Shown piece by piece: positions 13,167-26,818 of a DNA stretch of 64,000 nucleotides (its first letter is position 1; each line of letters begins with the position of its first letter). The notes under the pieces are model-generated. The model worked only from the letters and a program-made list of their open reading frames with translations, was not told where the DNA came from and made no database searches. Source of the stretch: the human T2T-CHM13v2.0 reference genome, Homo sapiens; NCBI RefSeq assembly GCF_009914755.1, contig NC_060944.1; one strand, 5' to 3'. Both the position numbers and the translations under genes were made by a program.

Positions 13167-13509
13167 CAAAGAGAGATGAGGTTCTGCTAATAGGCTCTCC
13201 ACTTCAACGACTGAATCTCAGGTTACTACCCAGGAACAGGGAAGGCCCAGCTCCTCCCTGCTGCAAACTGTGCGAACTTCCCGAGGTCCCACCCCTCCTC
13301 CCAGTACGCAGGTGGGCATTACTCAGAAAGAATCAGTCCGGAAAAGGGCGGGATCCATCAGGGACCTGCAGTCCAGTTTTTCAGCCTTCAGGCTGCTTTA
13401 GGCTTGAAGGCACGGTTTGGCGAGGGGTTGAGCAGGGAAGGGAAAGGGGGAGGAGAAGGGAAGCCGGGAGAGGGGAGCGGGGGCCCTTGCCTGCCTCCTG
13501 TCCGTATCA
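13003..13509 (-). mobile_element. ERV1 solo LTR, MER48/MER83/MER84 group
   Basis: TG...CA ends (minus strand starts TGATACGGACAGGAGGCAGG); perfect 4-bp TSD CTGC. Confidence 0.85.
13111..13162. repeat. (AC)26 microsatellite
   Basis: Uninterrupted AC run. Confidence 0.98.
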
Positions 13510-13724
13510 CTGCTAGTTAGCCGGTTTCCATGCTCCCTATGCTGATGACCTCCAATCAAGGCACATCTGAAGACTTCTCTTCTATCATATGGCTTTCCAA
13601 CTCCCCTACCTGCCTTTGAGTATCTGCAAATACAAGTGATAGTGGCCGACTCCCTTGCAATGGCAAGCTCTGAATAAATGGTCTTTCCTTGTTCTCATTT
13701 GGGTAATACATGTTTATTTCCACA

Positions 13725-14305
13725 CAATTCATATAGAAAATGCAAGTGGCCAATAAACATGAGGGGAAAAAGCTCAACTGTAACTAGTTTTTTAAAAAAT
13801 GAGAATGAAATCAACAATGAACTTTTTTTGCCTGATTTGGAGGGGCAGTTTGCAGGTATTAAGCAAAAGGGGAAAATGTGCATGCCCTTAAACCTAGTAA
13901 TTCCAATTCTAGCAATTAATTTTGCAGAAATTGTCTCATAAATGAACAAGGTTAATGTACAAAGATGCTCACTGTCTAATAATTTACACAGACTAAATGT
14001 CCAAAGGACGAATGAATAAAATATGGGACATGTACACAGTGGAATTCTGTGAGACTATTCAAAGAATAAAATGGCTGGGATAGATAGATGGTAGTGAAAA
14101 GACTCAATAATATGCACGTGTGCCATTTTGTCAACATGCGTGTGTGCTCGGGTACATCCCTTGGTTGTTTTACACAATGCAAGAGTGGGTCATCCCAGAA
14201 GTGGGGCTGCACAATTGGAGAGAGCTTTTGCTTTTCACTTTTCTTCATTGTTCACGTTTTTATGATGATCATGTACTACCTTGGTAATGAAAAAATTAAA
14301 ATGAA
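13725..14305 (+). mobile_element. L1ME-like 3' fragment
   Basis: TAGTAATTCCAATTCTAG...TGTACAAAGATGCTCACTG...CTAAATGTCCA motifs of the L1 3' region. Confidence 0.65.
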
Positions 14306-14730
14306 AAGAATCAGCTGGGAAATGCCGTGGTTCGCATGAAATGTGGTCCTGAGAAGATGTTATTCACTCTATCACCTATTTTCTCACTTCTCCTGGTATT
14401 GTGGTTGAGTTATGCATAATAGGCATGGGCATTGATAACAGCTTTGATTCCTGGAACAATAGCCGAGATAATGAGGAGACCACTTCATTGACAATGCCCA
14501 GCCACGCCTTGTCAGAGACAAGACAAACATCGGTGCAGGTGTTGGAACAATCAAGTCTCATTTATCTGCTATTGTCCAAGAATGAGCTCATCGAGGCTAG
14601 TGAATTTTCCAAAATAATAGAAGCTTATCAATCCTTTAAAGGGCCTTTTTATTTTTTAGTTTAACCATTTTTTAGGGTAATTATTCCTAAATGGATTTCA
14701 CAGCTCCTGCCTTCTTAAAGAGCGTCCAGT

Positions 14731-15357
14731 TGATGTGGACAGGAGACAGGAAAATACTGGGTAGAAGAGGGCGGTTCCCCGGCAAAGGCTCCACCCTCCA
14801 GCCCGAAGACCTGTGGCCCTAAATGAGGACAGGCATTTCTGTTTTCGCGCCCAAAAAGTTGCCTTTTGGGGGCCCGCCGCACCCCCTGTCCTGCACCCAT
14901 ATAAGCCCTGAAACCCAGGACCCAGAAGCAGACCAGCAAGCCAGCCGACCAGCAAATGGACCGCGGAATGACTCATTAGGGAAAGGGAGAAGAGGAGGAA
15001 CATCTGAAGGCCGAGAGGAGTTGGGCTGAGGTCGCTCGGAGAGGAGTCTGGGCTGAGCAGCCCAAGTCCAGGGGAGGATCACCTTCCCACTACATCCCCA
15101 CTTCCGGCTCCACATCCATCCCACTGAGGGCCACCTCCACCACTCAATAAAACCTCAGCAAAGCTGAAAGAGCATTTAAACATTGGGGTTGCAGGCAACC
15201 AAGACCAGACACTACCACAGGGCCAGAGCCCAAAGCGCTTGCCCTGGCCTCTATACCTGTGGATCTGCGTGCTTCTTCTCCCACAAGGGCTTTGAACCGG
15301 TGAGCCACATCCCTGTCTCACGTCCTGTGAGGGGAATCAGGGAACACTCCCGTTTCA
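14731..15357 (+). mobile_element. ERV1 solo LTR1-family element
   Basis: TGATGTGGACAGGAGACAGGAAAATACTGGGTAGAAGAGGGCGGTTCCCCGGCAAAGG...CCCGTTTCA; TATA-like ATATAAG, AATAAA; perfect TSD CAGT. Confidence 0.9.
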
Positions 15358-15705
15358 CAGTGGCCACATAAGAACCCATCCCTGATGACTTGGGATTATG
15401 GTGATGACTCCGGACCCCTGAGCTCTGACCCCTTTCAGGCCACTGAAGTGGGTGGGGAAGCTTGCCGGTACTTTGAATCACCGCTGATCACTGTGATTTT
15501 TGATATATTTATGATTGGACATTGCTGCTACTTCTGTTACTGTCAGTCAGCCTTTAAAAGTAATCTACTTATGGGACCTTACCCTGGCTGAGAGATCTGA
15601 TACAAAAAAAAAGTGAATTTATCCCAAAGCTAGCTTGGGGGAAGGGACACAAAGCATCCTGCCTTTATATGCACCGCTGCACCTTGAGAGCAGAAAGTGA
15701 GCAGA

Positions 15706-15851
15706 TTTATTTATTTATTTATTTATTTCATTTGTTTGTTTTTGAGACAAGGTCTCACTCTGTCACCAGGCTGGAGTGCAGTGATGTGATCATAGCTCAC
15801 TGCCACCTCGACCTCCTGGGCTCAGTTGATCCTCCCACCTCAGCCTCCTGA
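15706..15851 (-). mobile_element. AluJ right-arm fragment with (TTTA)n tail
   Basis: GATCATAGCTCACTGC..CCTCGACCTCCTGGGCTCA. Confidence 0.9.
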
Positions 15852-17666
15852 GAAAGGGGGCACTTCTGTAAGGCAAGGGAGGAAATGAGCAAGGACAGAG
15901 GTCCCCTGCTAGCTCAGTGTCTGATCTATCAGACTGCTGAGTTGGAGCCTTCCTGGGCAGAAGTAAGTTGTAAAAGTGGCCAAGCGGGCATGCTTTCGAT
16001 AAGCCCTCCAAGTGGATGAAGGTTCCGAGGATGGAAGTTCCAAGACAACACCCTGGTGGTGAAAGTTCCGTGGGGGCATGCTTTGGTCTGCAAACCGACT
16101 GTCACCTCTCTAGGAGAGATGTGTCTTGGAGCATGTAGTTGGAAGAACTTGCCCTGTAGGGAATGTCTGATGAAGGTGAAGTGAAAGAGAGGGGAAAAAA
16201 TAATTAAACCACCTCTAGAAAAATGAGCGTACTCGGTTACAATTCGATGCTCCAGTGGGGCCAGAATAAAGATGTGGGTGAGCCAGGTTCCCTGGCAGGT
16301 GGCTCTGGGAAACACTGTGAGAGGTCTGGAAGGAGAAGAAAAGGGAAAGCAGCAGCCCAGGGAGCGCTGACCAGCAGCTGTGGGCAACAGAAACACACAA
16401 TCCCACTGTGGATATCTATGAATCTAAACCATTTGTTCTAAACCCCTTTTAGAAAAGAATCAAATTTTCCTTTAGAGAAGAAGTGGAATAAGAGAAGGAC
16501 ATGAAGTAAAAATGAGCTGTGTTGTGAGAACACATAAACAGAACCGGGTGAAATGGTTGTGCTGAGAAGGTGACCTGGGCCCCCAGCTGAGTGGAGCAGT
16601 CAGCGCTGGAGAGAGCAGAGAGAGTAGGGCTGGCTTCTATAGCCACCAGCACACTTGTAAAGCCAGCCATCCCAGAGCAGGATACACGTCTCCTTGCTAT
16701 ATTAGGTAATTCCAGGGTCTGGGGAATAATAGCCCACGTTAAGGACAGGATAGAACTAGAGGTGACCAGTACTTGGACCCCCTTATGCCCCGGTTGTCAT
16801 GCCTTCCCCCTGAACCTCAATTCCGTCATCAAGAAAATGGGAGATAATAGCTTTTAGACGCCTACTATATTATAGGAAATCACATGTAAAATTATGTAAC
16901 AGATCACCCTCTATCCTTTCTAATCAAGTGCCTTTTCCTTCCTGACATGAGACAATAACTGGTCAAGACTTCAAAATCTGGGTTATAAATAAGATATCTG
17001 GCATAAAGAGTTTCTCTTTTATTCTTCTTATGTATTTTTCTACTCTTGGACACAAGTCATAGCATTGCAATGTCTTTTATCTTTTCAATCTTACTCGTGG
17101 TTTCTCCAAATATGCCAACATGTGCTTGCAGAATCTCTCCTTTGACAACAATAATGTGGAGCTGAACACTCATGACTGCATTAGTGACTTTTAATTAACT
17201 CCACCTTAAGTGTGTCTGAGGACCTCCCTAATTTTCTCGAAAGCTCCTTTAACTTCTCAGCAGCCCGGGGTTTGTCATAACCCCATTAGCCACGTGGGTG
17301 TATCTGCATGAGACTCTCCCATCTTTACCTACCTAGTGAGCCACTGTGATGAAGGGGGGACATGCTTGGCTGGCCCTACAACTCACCATGGCAGTAAGTG
17401 ATATTTAGTCAAGTTGTTCTTGCCATCCCCTTCCAAATTTCAAGCTCTTAAAAAACATGAGAACTCTCAAGTGCTTGTTGACTTGAATGCAATAATAATG
17501 TGGCCCTTGGTGAGACCACATCAGTGCCCCTTACATTGACCTAAAAGGAGATAAGGATTTTCTGTTTGTGAGGCAACGTTCTTGATATGAGATCTGTAAA
17601 CCTGCAGTTTCTGCCTTATGAAAACATCACGCAAGCTCTGATGGCATGTCGTCCTCCTCTGGATAG

Positions 17667-17986
<320 letters not shown>

Positions 17987-18194
17987 AAGGCCATTAGAAC
18001 TCAATCTTGGTCCCCTGAGTTTTCTCTAAACTTCAGGATGTCTTCCCAACTCATTACCATGCTAGAAAGTGTACAACACTGTCAAATAGAGTTGCATCTG
18101 GCAAAGGGGTAATTATAGTTTTCCTTTCTCATCCTGGCATCACTTACCAAGTGATCATTGTCTTAGCAACTTTGAGTGAAGGCATTTATCCAAG

Positions 18195-18691
18195 TGTCTT
18201 GTTTTGGTTTCCTCCAAAAGAGAACCCTGAGATGAGAACCTGGAAGTCAGTAATTTATTTGGGAAGTGATTCCAGGAAGTACTGTGTGGAAGCAAGGAAG
18301 TGAGGAAAGGGAAAGAATCAGTACAGGGTGCTCTGGGAAGACTAATTCTGTGAGCAACTGGAGTCCAATCCCGCTGAGACCTCTGGGAAGCCATCTCAAA
18401 AACACACTTTAGAGTTGTCCCACATGAGGATGCTGTGGCACTCATTCGTCAACCTCCATCTATTATTGGTTGAGGGATGCTTCTCAGAGCATAAACTTTC
18501 CGGCACTTCCAGCCTGACCACCTTGTAGGTGAAGAATGTCCAAAGACCAGAGAAAGTCCCCTGGAAGACAGAGACTCAGGTGTTTGAGGTAGAAAATAAT
18601 CAGCCTAAACAAGAAGAGTTCATTCAAGGAATAGGTGACATTTGGGGTGGGACAGTAGGATGTGGGCCGAGCATTAACATCATCTGCTACA
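18195..18691 (-). mobile_element. ERVL solo LTR33-like
   Basis: TGTCTT...TTTATTTGGGAAGTGATTCCAGGAAG...CATCTGCTACA, with TG/CA ends. Confidence 0.8.
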
Positions 18692-20799
18692 CAAACCAAC
18701 AGTGGATATCAAGATAAACCATTCACTTTGACTCTTATATAATCCTTCTGATAACTAAATGATTTGTTTGTGAAAGATTTGATGAGTCAATGAGTAGTCT
18801 TAGACCATGGAAATAGCAGCAGATGTTAGCCTCAGAACAGAAAGCCTAGAAAAACTAGGACATAGTCCAAAATTGAGAGGAATGAGAAACCAGTCTTAAA
18901 GTTGGAAAACCTCATTAATCAAAGACCAAAGTAAAAGAGTCCTATGCAAAGCTGGAAGTGAAGGTGTAACCAGCACTGAAGGGTCAGGACAATACTGGGG
19001 CAGAACCATGCAGGCAGATAAGAAAAATGGTGAGCTACTTTTTAAATTTCTATTACTCTCTGTCTTTTCCCCTGGAAAGAGAAAACATTCTTGAAAAATA
19101 AGGAGGGCTTTGCATGTTTGTTTCAAGAGCAGCACTTAGTGGTGGGAGAAGTACTCCTCTTCATTCTCAGCAGCTCTGCAGGGGAGGACCCAGGCAAAAT
19201 AAAAGAAGGGAGAAACCACATTCGTGAGGCCTGAGAAAAGACACAAAGATGGAAAAGGAAAATTGGCCTATCATTGAGGGTGGTATTCCTGGAAACAAGT
19301 TTCCAGGGAAGACAGGAGAAAATGGGGTCACTGGCACAGAGGGAGAAATTAACAGTGACAAGTCTGCACTAGAAATCCAAGCCTGCTTCTCTCTCTTTTC
19401 CTTGTCATTGCCTTACAACACAACTCCTGATGAACACAAGGTGCCAATTGGCCACATTTATACCACATGGTCTGCCATCACAGATACAGATGACTGGCAT
19501 AAAATGAATCATTCTATTGGCTGGAATGACTCAATCAGATTTTCTCTCACAGAAATTTGAACTAAGAGATCCAGGAAGTCTAGTTTGGGAAGGTCTAGCA
19601 TAAGGACTGTAAGGTCATTTAGCTCTGCTAGCAGTAACATACAACAGGGACATGCACAGATGTAGAGGCAAGGGTGACATCAGAGAAAATGGCTAGGTAA
19701 GGATCTCTGAAAGTTCAGGCTTCTATGAAAGCGATGAAAAAATTGGCAAAATTTGGCAGAATTGACTTTTTCAGAACTTGGAAACTAACCAAAAGCTTGT
19801 AGCATCCCTGTGAGGATTTAAAAATATGACTGAATCTTGATAAGAACAGATTGTGGCATTTTAACTTACTCTAGTCCCATCCTCCACTTCTCAGCTTAGT
19901 GGTAGCCTTGAAAAATCAGTCTGTATTCCTGGTACCAGAGGGAGCAAAATGGACTTTGTTTCCAAATAAGTGTCTTATTTTACTGGTAGTTCTCTGGAAG
20001 TCCCTCATTCAGAAGGCTTCTTTATTTGACTTCATTTGAACTTATCCAGTGATTAAAACCTTTGAAAGGAAAAAGGAGGAGGATGGCATTTGTCAAATGT
20101 TTTAACATCACAGCTGACTGGGGTGATGGATAACAGTTAGGGCAAACAATGGAATAATCAAAAAATCTAAAAGACAAACCTGAGGCATGAGATGTCCATA
20201 GGGGCTTTGAAAAGTTTCAACATGTTACTGGGAATCTAAAAGGCCACATGCATGCCCAGGGCTGGGTGCAGGTCTGAGCATTCTCAAGAAAGACCTGAGA
20301 AGGCTCTAAGTGCTCACCTCTGGCTGTCCTTGAGGTTCTACACAAATAGGAAGTGAAGACTAAGGTAGAGTTGCTGAGAGATGAAGGCATGTATCAATAC
20401 ACATACAGAGGCCCCAGGCAAAAACTTGGAGATTTATTAGCTCCAGATATTTAAGGCAATCTCTGCGAATCATTAACCTACCACTAAGCTAACTGTGTGG
20501 AGACTTCAGTGGCCACTCATGACTAAGATACAGACTTCACATATTCAGAAAAGTTATTAAACAAACAAACAACAACTACAATAATCAGCAAACATCCCTG
20601 AGGAGGAAGGAGAATTTGATTTTCAGTTTCTATATTATATATTTGAAATGTCTAGTTTTTGACAACAAACATGAGTCACACAAAGAGACAAGAAGTATGA
20701 CCTATACATAGGAAAAAACATCAGTAGAAACTGCCCCAGAGGCAGCACAAACACTTGGTTTATGGGACTTAAGACAAATATCTAAATCAGCTATTTTAA

Positions 20800-21610
20800 A
20801 TATGTTCAAAGAGCCAAAATATGGGGATGATATCTCAACAAACAGAAAGTATCAACAAAAATATAGAAATCACAAAAGAAACCAAATAGAAATTCTTGAG
20901 TTAAAATGTACCATGATTGAAATAATAAATTTACAAGACAGACTTAATGGCATATTTGAGCAGGCTAAAGAAGGAATCAGTGAATCTCAGGATAGGTTGA
21001 GATTTTCTAGTCTGAGAAGCAGAAATAAAAAAGAATGAAGAAAAATGAACAGAGCCTTAGAGACCTTTGGGATACCACCAAGCATACAAATATACACATA
21101 ATAGAAGCCCCAGAAGGAGTGGAGAGAGAAAAGGGAGAAATGTTGATAATTGAAAAAATAATGGTGAAAACTTATGAAATTTGATGAAGAACTTTAATCT
21201 ACATATCCAAAGAGCCTAATAAACTCCAAGCAAGATAAACTCAAAGATATGACATCTGGATACATAAGAATCAAACTGTCAGAAGCCAAAAGCAAAGAGA
21301 AGCTCTTGAAATTAGCAAGACAGAAGCAACTCATCAAGTACAAAGAATCCTCAATAATATTATCAGCTGATTTCTCATTAAAAAGTCATGGAGGGCAGAA
21401 GGCTGTGGGAAGATATAATCAAAGTGCTCACAGAAAAAAAATGTCAACTAAGAATTCTATATCTGGCACATTATCTTTCAAAAATGAAGGAGAAATTAAG
21501 ACATTCTAAGATAAACAAAACAGAGAGTTCGTTGCTAGCACACCTGTCTTACGTGAAATACTAGCAGGAGTCCTTAAGACTGCAACAAAAGGTCTCTAGG
21601 CAACAGCTAA
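20800..21610 (+). pseudogene. Decayed L1 ORF1p
   Basis: ORF fragments RNQIEILELKCTMIEIINLQDRLN, YIRIKLSEAKSKEKLLK, LSFKNEGEIKTF with stops and frameshifts. Confidence 0.9.
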
Positions 21611-22079
21611 AATTCATATGAAGAAAATAAAGAGCACTAGCAAAGGGAATTATATAGGTAACTCTAAAAGAGTATGTACTGTATTTTTGTTTGTAACTTT
21701 TTTTCTACCTTATTTAAAAGACAACTTCATAATGCAATAATTATACACTTAAGTTGATGGACACACATGTGTAAAGATATATTTATGACAATAACAGCCT
21801 AAAGGGGGGAAGATGGAGCTACATAGGAACAAAGTTTTTGTATACTATTGAAATTAAGTTGCTATTAATCCAAATTAGATTGATGTAAATTAAGATGTTA
21901 GTGGTAATTCACAGCGTAAGCAATAAGAAAATAACTCAGAAGTATATAGTAAAAGAAACAAGGGAATTAAAATGGTACACTAGAAAATATCTATTTAACA
22001 CAAAGGAAGGGAGTTATAGAGGAATTGAACAACAACAAAAAACAAAACCATATAAAACAAATGGAAAACAAATAGCAAA

Positions 22080-23500
22080 TTGGCAGATGTAAATCCTATC
22101 ATAGCAGTGAGGATTAAATGTAAATAGATTAATCTCCCCAATCAAAAGTTAGAGATGGATAGAATGTATTAAAAAACAAACTTAACCCAAGTATATTGTA
22201 TTGTCTACAAGAGACATGCTTTATCTTCAAAAACACAAAAAGGTTGGAAGTAAAAGATAGGGAGAATGGAAAAATATGTGCCATGCAAGACTGAAAGCTT
22301 AGTCTCTAAGATCAAGAATAAGACAAGGATGTCCACGTTCACTACTTCTATTCAACGTTGTACTGGAGGGTCTAGCCAGGGCAATTAGGCAACAAAAATA
22401 CATAAAAGTCTTCCATATTGGAAAGGAAGAAGTAAAACTATAGTTGAACATGACATAATCTTATATATAGAAAACCCTGAAGAATCCACACACACAAAAT
22501 TAATAGCTAATAAATGAGTTCAGCAAGGTTGCAGAATATATGATAAAAATACAAAAATCAGTTATATTTCTATACATTAACAATGAATAATCCAAAAATG
22601 AAATTAAGACAATTTAATTTAAAATAGCACTGACATGAATAAAATATTTAGGAATAAATTTAACCGAAGAAATGCAAGACTTTTTCACTGAAAACCGTAA
22701 AACATTGTTTGAAAAAAGTTAAAGAAGACCTAAATAAATAGTAAGACATCCCATGTTCATAGACTGGAAGATTTAATATTGGTAAGATGAACAATTGTTC
22801 AGATGACAATACTCCCCCTTGATCTATTGATTAAACACAATCTCTACCAAAATTTCAAATGCCACTTTTACAGAAATGGATGAGCTCATTCTAAAATTCA
22901 TATGAAATGGCAAGGGACCCAGAACAGCCAAAATAATCATGAAAAAGAACAACATTGTAGGACTCATACATCCTGATTTTAAAACTTACTACAAACCTAC
23001 AGTAATCAAGATAATGTGGTACTGGTATAGGATAGACATGTAGATCAATGAAATAGAATTGAGAGCCCAGAAATAAAGCCGTACATCTATGATCAATTGC
23101 TTTCCAGCAAGATTACCATGACAAGTCAATGGGGGAAAGAATAGTCTTCAACAAATTTTTCTGGGACAATTGGATAGCCACATGTAAAAGAATGAAGCTG
23201 GGCCCCTACCTTTTCTCATATACAGAAATGGATCAGAGATAAAAATGTAAGTGCTAAACCTACAAAACTGTTCAAATAAATCATAGATGTAAATTTTATT
23301 ACTTTGCCTTAGATAGTGGTTTCTTATATGTGATACCAAAAACACGTGCAATGAAAGAAAAAACAAATTTGACTTCATCAAAATTTAAAAATTTTTGTGT
23401 CAAAGGCTATCAAGAAAGTGAAGAGCCAACCCACAGAACAGGAAAAAATATTTGCTAATAACACAACTGATAGGCATCTAAAATTAAAAATATAAAGAAC
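22080..23500 (+). pseudogene. Decayed L1 ORF2p (EN N-terminus fused to RT C-terminal part)
   Basis: TGTCTACAAGAGAC (CLQET-like EN motif), then [24 protein letters not shown] (RT) and FKTYYKPTVIKIMWYW. Confidence 0.9.
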
Positions 23501-25356
23501 CATGCACTAGCTTATAAATAACTCCACTCATCCTTAGGTCTAGGTTCAAGAACTAAATCCACAAGGAAATCTTCCCCCACCTTCCATCATGGGTTAGGTT
23601 CCCCTCTCTCACACATACTACCCCATTATAAGCTCTCTGGAAATTCTTCCCTTTCTTTATGGCACTTATAATTTAAAATTTACATGTATTTAATCTTTGT
23701 TTAACATCTAAGTAGAGCTGAACTAACATAGAAATAACCACTGTTAACATTTATTTATTTATGAATAAATATGTGGATGAATTTAAATGAATAAATCTGT
23801 ATAAAATTTAGGTTGTGTTATATTTCTGTGATCTTTTATGCTTTTTAAACTTTTATGTCAATAATATTTTTGAATGAATTTTGAAACTTTGTGGGTAAGA
23901 CGGTTGTTTCTTAATACTTGCCAGTTTCTGTATGACCTGGCTACACTACTTGTCCTTTTTTTTCAATATCCCACCCTTGTTTTTTGACTGAGCTAGTTTG
24001 AGTTGGATGCTTTTCTTCCAGCCAATCATCTATGATTTGCAATTCCTCTGAGTCAGAAAGTAAACAAGAAGTGCATGGCCGAGGAAGTACCTGCGATACT
24101 GAGGTGGAGAGGTGAGAAGTCAGGGCTCTCGGACCTTGGTCCTAATTTTCTTCATCAAGGAAGACATGACACATCTACTGAGAATGAATAAAGGACTCTA
24201 AGGGACATGAAAAAGCTTTGGAAAAATCCTTTTCCAGAAAGGGATTCGAAATGTTCATCTCCCTGGGAGATGAGAAAGATCTGGACGTCTGTTGTAATTT
24301 ACTCACCACTCAGTGAGCAAATGTCCATCGAAGCCCCCTAAATTGTTGTTAATGGTGTTGAGATCCTAGTGTTCTAGTATACTCACCATTGGAAACTTCT
24401 GGGGCTTAGAAAGTTCTTTCTTATAATCAGTTATATGTGCCTCTCCCAATACACTGGTGCACTTACATTCTTCTGAGGACACCACAGAATAAGCTATAGA
24501 GGAAAGGATTTGCCTGGTTGAAGGAAGTCATCAGGAATAGTTTCCTCAAGCTGCAGGTGACTTTTGATTGGGCCAGTGGGATATGGATGGAGCACTGACA
24601 GCATCTGCTACACAAACCAAGAGTCAACATTGAGGTAGAGCCATTCATTTTCCTCCCAGAGTGATCCTTCTTAATGGGTGGAAGTGGGTGAAGGTGCCTC
24701 AGAATCACATGGGGGCTCTTACACAGTTCATGTTCTGGAATCCACCTTCATGTCCAGAGGACATTGGAATTAGAGGGGGGAGAGCCTCAGACAGCAGCTT
24801 CTGATGTGCCCTTCTGGGTGAGATGGACTGGTGTGAAATGCTAAGGCATAAACAGGAGCAGCTGACTTGGCAGTCCCAGGCACCAACTGCTGGTGGTAAT
24901 GGAACATCCACATCTTCCAAAGGCCTGCTGAACTTCTGACCCAAACTGCCTGATGCCAACATTTTGTTCAAAACCTTGAGACTAGTTAAATCTTTGCCAC
25001 TCATTCATGGTATCCTCAGCCAAAATACAGTTCCTCAGGATGCCCATCTTCCATCCCCAATGCCTTGTGCTTCCTAACCCCACGTTCACCTCCCACTGAA
25101 AACCCTCCTGTCATCAATTTATTCTAGACCCCTTGAGTGTCCATTAAATTAAAAGGACTTTCCTATATGCTCAACGTCTTCCAGAGAAACTTCTCCTCTA
25201 CCTCAGGCCTTTACAGGTAAGTTAGTGCTTTCTGCAAAGCTTTGTCATGTGGAGGCTGTGGGTTCTCCCTACACTCACCTGCTGTGACCTGGGCAGTGGC
25301 CTGGGCTTTAGCCAGTTCCCTGCTGCTTCTTCCAGATGGCCTCATTTTCACCCTTA

Positions 25357-26325
25357 TGCAAAACTCTTCAGCAGATGTTACTATTGTTTCCCTAAGAAAC
25401 ATAAGAGAATCACTTGAGAAACTATAACAAACAATACAAAAATTCAGCAAAGGAGTGGGATGCAAAATCAGTAAATAGAAACCAACAACTTTCATAAATA
25501 CAGTTAACAACCAAACCAAAGACCTAAGAGGAGGCCTGTTGTAAAAATATCAGTAAAGATGAGGCCCTTACACAGAAGTGTGCACTGCCTGTACGAAGGA
25601 AACTAATATCGTTGTAGGGTAAAGAAAAGACTTAACAAGTGGAAAGACAGACCATGTAATTGGACAGAAAATGACAGCATCATAAAGATGTCATTTCTGT
25701 TGAATTAATTTAGAAATTTAAAACAAAGCCAATATAAATACCAAGGTTTTTAAAACTGGATTATCTAATTAATTCTTAAGTTTATATGGAAATACAATTT
25801 TAAAGTAGTGAGGAAGAATCTTAAAAAGAACTGTATTAGTGGAGGATTAGAGCATTATGGAGGTTAAGATACCAAACATCTTATGAAGCCCAATAATTAA
25901 AATAGTGTGGCACTGGCACATTAATAGATAGATGAATGGAACAGAATAGAAAATCCAATAATAGACCCACAAATAGACAAGAAAGTAGTGTAGAAGGGGC
26001 ATTTCAAACCTGTAGATGGACTATCCAATAGTTGAGACAACTGAGAAGCCACCTGAAGATAAAGCTTGATCTATTCCTTGCCCTGCATACAACAGAATCA
26101 ATTCCAACTGGGTCAAAGATTTAAATATTTTAAAAACTTAATCTAAAATCACTAGAAAAAGACACAAGAGGATTTCTTTATAACCTTGGAGGAGATGAGA
26201 GTTTTCTAATTGTGACTCAAAATCTAAATGCTATAAAGAAAAAGACTGAAATGAAAATGATGAAAAACAACTTCAGGACAAAGTAAGCAAAGTCAAAAAA
26301 GAAAAAAATATTTGTAGCTCATCTC
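25357..26325 (+). mobile_element. Very old L1M ORF2 fragment (RT and downstream)
   Basis: Degenerate FADD-region (TCAGCAGATGTTACTATTGTT), then AATAATTAAAATAGTGTGGCACTGGC and GGAACAGAATAGAAAATCCA. Confidence 0.8.
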
Positions 26326-26334
26326 TGGGCTTAG

Positions 26335-26818
26335 ACTTTAAAAAGTAATGGAGAAAATGTAAATAATGGAGATTAAACTTAAAAATGTATTGTGTCTGTG
26401 AATTACATTACATTGTGAATAGCATAACAAATTGAGTAGGTATTCTTCCATCATTAGAGAACCAGTATCTGATTCAGCAAAGAAGTCACTGAAGTCATTG
26501 ATACATGAGTAAAGCTCCAATATACTTCTCCATTGTTTCACTTCTGTCTTAATTTAAGCAAAAATATCAACACTCTTTCATCTATTGCAACCATAGCTTG
26601 GCTACAGATCAAAGACTAGCAAAAATCATTGAAAGCACCCTATGAAAATCAATTGGCTATATGGAATTTACAATAAAGAACATTTTATATTTTATTGTTA
26701 CTTAAAAATTGTGTGTGATAATTCTTTATACTAGCAAAATTTATAATAAACTATGTATACACAAATGCATACTTTATTTTAGAGACCTGGTTGTTAAATA
26801 TTGGCCAGACCACCACTG
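26335..26818 (+). mobile_element. Arthur1-like hAT-Tip100 relic
   Basis: Ends GAGACCTGGTTGTTAAATATTGGCCAGACCACCACTG, resembling the Arthur1 terminus. Confidence 0.65.

Larger units (their letters stand above)
12909..13724 (+). mobile_element. ERV LTR 3' part (MER-type, family uncertain), split by a younger LTR
   Basis: Continuous LTR-like sequence either side of 13003-13509; AATAAA then TTTATTTCCACA end. Confidence 0.65.
19670..23500 (+). mobile_element. Old L1 (L1M4-type 5' UTR, ORF1, internally deleted ORF2), 3'-truncated
   Basis: L1M 5' UTR, decayed ORF1 and ORF2 EN/RT sequences in the expected order. Confidence 0.9.

Noticed and set aside
12071-15851. AluJ 5' part (+) and AluJ 3' part (-) as two halves of one Alu split by an inversion
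   Set aside because: The two pieces overlap by about 20 nt of Alu consensus and I see no shared TSD, so independent fragments are simpler.
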